Below, piece by piece: positions 56,421-64,000 of a stretch of 64,000 bases of DNA (position 1 is its first letter; every line of letters starts with the position of its first letter). The position numbers were made by a program, and so were the translations under genes. Below the pieces are notes generated by a model that worked only from the letters and a program-made list of their open reading frames with translations, was not told the origin of the DNA and ran no database searches. Source of the stretch: Syncephalis fuscata S228 (Eukaryota > Fungi > Zoopagomycota); contig JAHLTZ010000010.1 in NCBI GenBank assembly GCA_025786725.1, forward strand, positions 310,001 to 374,000, written 5' to 3'.

Positions 56421-58315
56421 ATGTCTACTACTGCCGCTCAGTTGATCACTCCGGATAATCCGCTAAACGCTGATGTGGAAGCAGCATCGACAACTGCTGT
56501 AAGAAGAGCGTCGGCGGATAATCGTTATAGCGACACTGAAGATAACTTGGAGTCGAATAATGAAGGTCGACCCTTTATATCCTATCAACTTTTGTCGCGG
56601 AATAAGCATAAAAGACACCACCTACTCCGCTCGTGCGGCTGTTGTCGTAGCCTAATTGCTGTAGTGTTAATATTGTTTATAATCATCAAGATTTTCACCC
56701 ATGTAAAGGATGATACGTCTCCTCCTAAACTGCCGTTACCAGAAAAGTCGCACTCAAACCGGCTACGCGATGTAATGAATAACAAAGCACCATATGAGGA
56801 GCCAATACCTGGATCCGTACTCAATTCACTCAACGGAACATGTCCATCAGCTGAACTAGATCCAGGTCGTGTGCCCGATAAGTGTCAGCTTGTATATCTG
56901 CATCTATTCGTTCGTCATGGCACACGAAATCCTTCCATGAAAAGAATTAAATTATGGAATGTTCTTGAGAAGAAACTTCATAGCAATGTGAGATCATACT
57001 GGCCGGAATGGCTTAAAGAATGGAAGAATCCATACAATGTAGCTGAAGGCGATCAATTGGTAGAGCAAGGTCGTGTAGATATGAGAGATCTGGCCTATCG
57101 AGATGCTTGTCGCTACAAAGATTCACTGAAACTTCAAGACAGCCAATTGGTGGATAATGGTATTTTAAGTGAATACCAATTGGATGCACGAGACCACATG
57201 TCCGAGTACGCTAGTACTGATTTGCAACGGTAAGTTTATTGCTTATTAAAAACATGTGATAATGCGTAAATTGTATTTTTTAACTAAATTACTGTTTATA
57301 AAGATGTGTTGACTCTGCACTGGCGTATGCATCTGTGTTTTCAGGAAAAAATATGACCAAGGCAGACCTTTCCATTAAGCCTGCTGTAAGTTATTAATAC
57401 TACGCATGATTAAGCATAGATATCACCAACTAATTATTTAACAGGAATATGATTATGATCTTGACATTCTTCGTACATGTCCAGCATGGTGGAAACAATG
57501 GGGTGACCTAAGTAATGTCAATATACTGAACAAGCTTTCTATCAAGCGCTATTTCCCTAGTATTCTTCGAAAGATGAGCGCCTACTTTGGATATCCAGTT
57601 ACCTATAAGAACTATCCAGATCTACTACACCTATGTCTATGGGAATATTCCCGTGATAAGCATGACACAAAATGGTGTGATCTGCTGAAATCCTATCGAG
57701 GCGAGATAAGTGGCGAGTTGCCAGACGATATACCCAGTGAAGATACTCCCGGCAGCTACGGCAAGCATCCAAACGTATTCGAGCTGTACGATTTTATTAT
57801 GGATAGCTCGTTTTATGCAACGTCCGGTCTTGGTGCACCAAATAACGACTGCTATGCCAGAAAAGCCATGTCACACTTACTTCATAACATGCAGTTAGCA
57901 ATGGATGGTAATCTGAAGAAGCCATGGCAACTAGGCTTTAGCTTTGCTAACAACATGCTTTTGATGCTAACATTCATGGTAAGTCTTATGTAAAAGACGC
58001 ATTATCACTACAATATAACACGTTTATCTAGGGACTTTACACGGAGAAGCCGACATTCAATCAAAATCGTGAGTTTAGAACGTCAAAGTTAATTCCGTTC
58101 GCATCCAATCTTCGTTTTGAATTATTCAAATGCGATAGAAATGACAATGATCAAAAGCCTAGCGATCATTTTATACGCATTCTACACAACGAACATCCTA
58201 TTCAGCTGCCTGGATGTTCAAATGATGATCACTCTGCTTTTGGGAGCAGTTTAAAGATTACATACAACGCAGAGTAGCCAGATGCAGCTTTAAAAAGGTC
58301 TGTGACTCTCTATAG
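56421..58315 (+). CDS. Histidine acid phosphatase, MINPP1/phytase-like, type II membrane; apparent frameshift at ~58230
   Basis: RHGTRNP, GDQLVEQG, STDLQRCVDSA, FRTSKLIPFASNLRFELFKC, LHNEHPIQLPGC, and C-terminal CSFKKVC after frame correction. Confidence 0.85.
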
Positions 58316-59519
58316 TCATAGGGCAAGTGTCGATAACAAACAATAAATTTTGCTTCACAGTGTAATGTTCATCATGCTCAGTTATGCATGTTTATTCAAA
58401 AAATTACTAAAACACAAAGCTTGCATATCTTTGAAGCTAGCAATCAATCATCATTATGCCAGTTGCGTATTTTCCAGCCTATTATTTTTGCTGGTTTTCA
58501 TGGCAGCCAAAGGGACTAATGTCACACTATAGTAACAACTTAAATACAAGCGTTTATGCTTGAACGACCGTTTAACATCAATGACTATGCATAGTACACA
58601 TGATTATTTGTGTTATGTTTCCTTATTAGGCGACCCTCGGGAATTACATTAACTTGTAAAATGGCTACGGCTAAACGACATCTAGACATCGCCTTAGCAA
58701 TAGTTTGCACGGTAACACTTATTTGTCAATTGTTCCACGTGTGTAGTATTTTAACTATGGATAGTCTGAGCCGACTGCAATGCATTGCGTATGTTTGTAT
58801 TTCGACTTGATTTATCCGCCATGGGCAACAGGTGTTAAATGGCTTTTATCCAATAATTAATGCAGCCTATGGCCATTTACGCCCATTTTACTTGCATGTA
58901 GAAACGCTCTTGGCCTATTGCTATAATCGCAATTATCTATTTACTATAACGTTTATGCTATTATTAGATAACTGCTGTTAGTTGGTGTATTTCTGGCAGA
59001 CATGTTTGATTTTTGTTATAGAACAGTGATTTTGTTGGCCGCAAATCAGGTATCAAAAAGTTAAGTTACTGGCTCAAAACGGTATTATTTTTGCAAAGTA
59101 TCTCGTTTGACTAGAAATTGCTGTTAATGTGTTTAGCTATACCAATAAGATTAAATAAACAAAAATAAATTATCTAAGGCCAAAGTCATTAACGTAAAAC
59201 ATATTATTAGTAAATAAAGATAATAAAAAGCTAAACACAAAAGTTTATATTTAGCAACTCAGTGTTATTATAGTAATAAAAGTTAATAATACATCAAATT
59301 TAAATATTAAAAGCCAATCATTGATGCAATTTGTACGACTTTTTCGCATTACTTGGTTGCAACATATTCTTTGCGACTTCATATTCTATATAGTGTAATA
59401 ATGTGATGTCCAAAAGGGTACACCAGCACAGGCTTAACATTTCATTTCATCCCACTAAATTTTGTAATACGTAATAACTTGCGTTTTTCATTTTTATTCA
59501 ATTAAATTGTGTAATTACC

Positions 59520-60895
59520 ATGTCAGTACGCAATAACAAGCAGAAAGTCGTTCTTATTACAGGCTGCACGGAAGGAGGCATTGGTAGGATTTAGACGAGT
59601 GCAGAAATTTCACAGACTAACGTATTAGACAATAGGTGCGTGTCTTGCTATTGAATTTGCGCAGGTAGATATAAAAGCTAAACTGTATCTATTTATTAAT
59701 TAACCAATGATATGATTTAATTTAGAATGGATGTATAGTTTATGCTACAGCTAGACGACTAGAAGCCATGTCCGGGCTTAAAGGTAAGCACTATCCTACT
59801 TTAGTATTTATATTTACACTTTAGAAAGCGCTCGGTATTCATACGTCGATACTGGATGTAACACAGGTTGAGACAATGAAGACGGCAGTTAATGTACCGA
59901 GCACAATGAATTATTTGTCCACCGTCTAACACTTGATAATCTAGACGATTGTTGATGCTGAAGGACGAGTCGGTAAGCTAGGCTGAACATAATGGATATG
60001 TCACTAACAAAATCCAACCGACAGACATTTTGGTGAATAATGCAGGAATGACGCGTCCAGCACCAATGATTGATCAAGATCTTGATATTGCCCGTGGCGT
60101 TTATGAGACCAATCTATGGGGGCCACTAACACTAATACAGATGGTTGCGCCACATATGATGAAACGCCGCTCCGGCACTATAGTCAATGTTGCCTCTATT
60201 GCAGCTGTATGTCCTCTCCCATGGTCAGGTAAGATTTAGCATTTGCATTAGTGGGGCATGGCTTATATCTTCATGGCTTTTGTTTAGGCATTTATGCCTC
60301 TGTTAAAGCAGCTCTGCGCGCCACATCGGATGTACTTCGACTGGAGCTACTATCCTTTAATGTCAATGTAGTCAGCGTCTTTCCAGGGTAAGTTATGCTG
60401 TGTCGACAACGCAAGGAGCTAATATGTTATTGGCAGTGCCATTCAGTCCAATATTTCTGCCAATAGTGCTCAAGAATTTACATGGAAAGAAGGTAAAAAG
60501 CAGATATTTATTTATATGTGTTCTAATAGTAATGCCAAATATTTGTAGGTTCTATGTATGAACCGTTTAAATCACGAGTAGAAGAGCGAATCCATATATC
60601 TCAACGTAATTATATTTCATCTTAGTGGCAAACTAGCGGACTTATTATGTATTTAGAACCGGGCTGCACTCCCACAGTAGATTTTGCGCGTCAGGTGGTG
60701 CGTGATATACTAAAGCCAACACCGCCGCACGATATCTACGGTGGCACTTATTCAACGCTTTTTTGGCTTCTTTCATTTATGCCGTCCTGGTTCAAGGCAA
60801 GCTGGTTCAGAAAGTATGCCAGTCAACAGTTAACTAATAGCATTGTTTAGGAGTATATACTTGCCAAACGATTTAAACTTCTAGAGCCATGCTAG
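59520..60895 (+). CDS. Short-chain dehydrogenase/reductase, Ayr1-like (1-acyl-DHAP reductase); about 11 exons
   Basis: VVLITGCTEGGIG, VYATARRLEAM, LDVT, DILVNNAG, YETNLWG, IVNVAS, catalytic YASVK, LRLELLSFNV. Confidence 0.88.
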
Positions 60896-61140
60896 GTGTC
60901 ACATCAGTGGTTAGCTGGTATGGGCTGTCATTCTTAATAAAGTCAGCTATTATAACATAAATATTAGCTAGAAATGTGATTTACAAGTGCGCTAGATTTT
61001 TTAGATATTGTTTATCATAGAATATGCATAAACGTTTTTATAACTACTCAGCACAAAGACAGGTTGTGATACCAGCGCCGCAATTGTAAATATTATTAAT
61101 CATTTATTACTGCTTTTAATTACACCAAATAAGCTTTTTT

Positions 61141-61225
61141 CTATTGAACATGAAACTAGGAGTAATTCACATCAGATTTAAAATACTCATTATCATATAT
61201 TTATTATCCGGTATGCATATACACT
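61141..61225 (+). repeat. Dispersed repeat family A, solo copy
   Basis: AACATGAAACTAGGAGTAATTCACATCA is identical to 30559-30586, and similarity continues for about 85 bp. Confidence 0.75.
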
Positions 61226-62829
61226 TTATTCACCTTGTTATATCAAATAAATGTCATTATTATAAAATGGGTGTTTTAAAATTTTAATGTATATGAGTGC
61301 TAGAAATGCATATTATTTATTGCTGAAAAACCATGAATCAGCTTTATAGCTACTTAAACATAAAACTAGGTATAGTTACAATAGCAATAGGGCCATCAGT
61401 AATACTAGCCATAGCAGATATAACCACTAGTATTGTACAGTATTATGACGACATTTATTCAATTCTCCCCTGGCCTCTTCTTTATGTCACGCCGACTCAA
61501 GGCAAGTTGGTTTAGTAAATACGCCAGTCAATAGCCAACTAATAATACTGTCATAAGATCTGGCATTTGCCAAACAATTCAAGCTTCTAGAATCATGATG
61601 GTATTGCATTTATTTACACACAACGCTATGTCCTGTGATTCGGCTTGCAGTAAATAATATTGATTGCAGCCATATGCATTGACTTGGTCACCTTGACTTT
61701 CTATGACTTATTGTTACATGGCTTTTTAGCAATTAAGCGACTGTTGATTGGACCCTGGCTTTACTATTTTAATTCACTCATTTCATTATCTATTTGATTA
61801 CGGGCAAAGTACCTTTTATTAGTATGCCTGATTACTTGGTAAATAATTGCACACTTAGATAGTATCGATGTGTTGATACCGATATAATCGTTATATAGTA
61901 AAATGTATCAGCATATGACATCAACGTTTTAGTCTTGGCTCGGTTGATCGGCGGGATTTGTCCGTTTTCATTGATGAGTGTGCGTGCTTTCTTCATCACA
62001 TTGCATTGGCAATTGTTGATTGGTGGACACAGTTTCTCGGCCTTTCAGCATTTCCGATTTGTATCTCACGTTATAGAAGCCTTGTGTTGTTGTTGTTGCC
62101 AATGCTTTAAAGCAGGTGTGCACGTCGCTGCTTCTTTTCTCGCTACAATACACGTTTGCATTACATTCTACTTTAAAATTATACTGTTAAAATTTTACAT
62201 CTGTAACTGGTCGGCAAGACGTTAAACTTTTGACACTAAACGGGTAGGTGCTAGGCTTTAACGATATCTTTAGATGGAAAAGCTCTATTTATTTGGTTGG
62301 CTATAGCGCAGTTACAATATTGACAACAGCTCATCTTTGAGCTGGCTGCTTTATAATAGTGTATACCAAAAGTAAAACGCGTACTACCTGACTACTTATT
62401 CGTATGCACTTTGAGCTGCCATGAATGGAGCAATAGATACGCCGCCAATAGATAGGCATGGCACTTTCCCATATAAACGCTATCAGATTAATAGCATGAT
62501 TTACGCAGCTACTAACTCCGCTCTTATTCGCTTTATTCTCATTCTTGATTATTACCACTTGCTACTTTTTAGATTGGCACCGGTCTATTGTTTGTTCTAC
62601 TCTACAATTCTAGTACAGTACTCCTTTCACTTTTAAGTATAATCTGTAAGTAAATCAACAGCTATTTCTTGAGCGCGTTTTATTTTTTGTTCTACTGCTG
62701 TGTTACTTGTACTAAAACAATGATGATTGCAATCAAAAAAGTAGCCATAATACATGCCTATAAACACTGGTTTGAGTCTTAATAGCCACTAACATAGACT
62801 ATGCATAAATCTGTTATATTAGCTATAAA

Positions 62830-64000
62830 ATGTCGTCCGCCGTCTCACTTGATACGCTGGTCGTCGCTGGTCTAGTCGTTAGCGGCGCAATCTTTATCTT
62901 TCGAGGATCGCTATTTGGCGGCAATTCTGGCACTGCCAAAACCATCAATACCATTGGCAGCACCGGTGCAGGCGCAGCAAATGGCGTGCAACGTAAAAAG
63001 CGCTCACGCAACTTTGTAGAAGTTATGGAGCAAACGGTAGGTAGTTTATAGTAATAACTGTGGATTGAGTCGAACTAATAATTACGTAGGACAAAAATGT
63101 CATTGTGTTTTTTGGCTCACAAACTGGCACTGCTGAAGATTACGCAAACCGTGTTGCTAAGGAGGCCCAAAAGCGATATGGCCTTCGGTGCATGGTGGCC
63201 GATATAGAAGATTATGACATGGAACGTCTTGACCGTCTACCGAGTGACCATTTGGCCGTTTTTGTCGTAGCCACCTACGGCGAAGGCGAGCCAACTGATA
63301 ACGCCACTGAATTCTGGAATTTTCTTATTGTCGACTCTGAAGGTGACGTTCCTACCTTCAGTCGCCAGGACGAAGGCGATGTCGAGGAAGAAGATGCCGA
63401 AGGAAACTCTACAGAGGGCCGCCCGCTGCATAATCTACGCTATGTGGTATTTGGCCTGGGTAACCGCACCTATGAACACTTTAACGCTGTGGCTCGGCGT
63501 CTAGACGAACGTCTTACCAGTCTTGGAGGTCACCGCATTGGTGAGCGTGGTGAAGGCGATGACGACGCTAATTTGGAAGAAGACTTTATCACATGGAAGG
63601 ATGGTGCATGGCCAGCTATTGCCGAGGCAATGAACGTGAGCGAACAGCTAGCATCGTAAGTAGCATTAGGCAGCTATAATAATGCCATATTACTCACCGC
63701 TATTTTATTATTTAGTGCTCATGAGCCAGAGTTTATTCTGACCGAATTGAGTGAAGATCAATACGATGCGAAGAACATCTACCGCGGCGAGCTAACAGAA
63801 CGCCGAGCCACAGGTGGCAGCAGCTATATTTACGATATTAAACGTCCATTTATGGCTGGCCTTCAAGTCACCCGCCAACTATTTGCATCTGAAGCAGGCC
63901 GGCATTGTATGCACGCCGAGGTGGATTTACGCGGCTCAAACATATCCTATACTGCTGGTGATCATTTGGCAATCTGGCCAGTAAACTCGGAGCATGAAGT
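62830..64000 (+). CDS. NCP1: NADPH-cytochrome P450 reductase (5' part; runs off the window)
   Basis: N-terminal TM; FMN domain FFGSQTGTAEDYA, ATYGEGEPTDNA, FGLGNRTYEHFN, GEGDDDANLEEDF; start of the FAD domain RHCMHAE...YTAGDHLAIWPVN. Confidence 0.96.

Overview
Gene-dense eukaryotic (fungal) genomic DNA with many short AT-rich GT-AG introns of about 40-70 nt. The gene content and an expanded orphan 7TM family suggest an early-diverging fungus, probably Zoopagomycota (Syncephalis-like); this is inference. I could reconstruct 23 protein-coding genes by hand: a Nudix hydrolase, a RAD51AP1-like protein, a GPI-type secreted protein, a UPF0014/FetB permease, CLIP-170, a PWWP+TFIIS-N/IBD-like protein, RPL30, FIP1, a low-complexity protein, GCN5, a cupredoxin, a GH5 glucanase, TOP1, Polo kinase, RRN3, a PEHE protein, a DAACS symporter, a MINPP-like phosphatase, an AYR1-like SDR, cytochrome P450 reductase (truncated by the window end) and three 7TM GPCR-like paralogues. 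The main hidden signal is a dispersed repeat (4 copies) in AT-rich intergenic DNA. It translates to the C-terminal RuvC/Zn-ribbon region of a Fanzor (eukaryotic TnpB-like RNA-guided nuclease) and is followed by a conserved non-coding tail, a candidate omega-RNA/right end. Seven genes carry single-base-loss frameshifts, most likely long-read consensus errors. All exon boundaries were read by eye and no searches were run.
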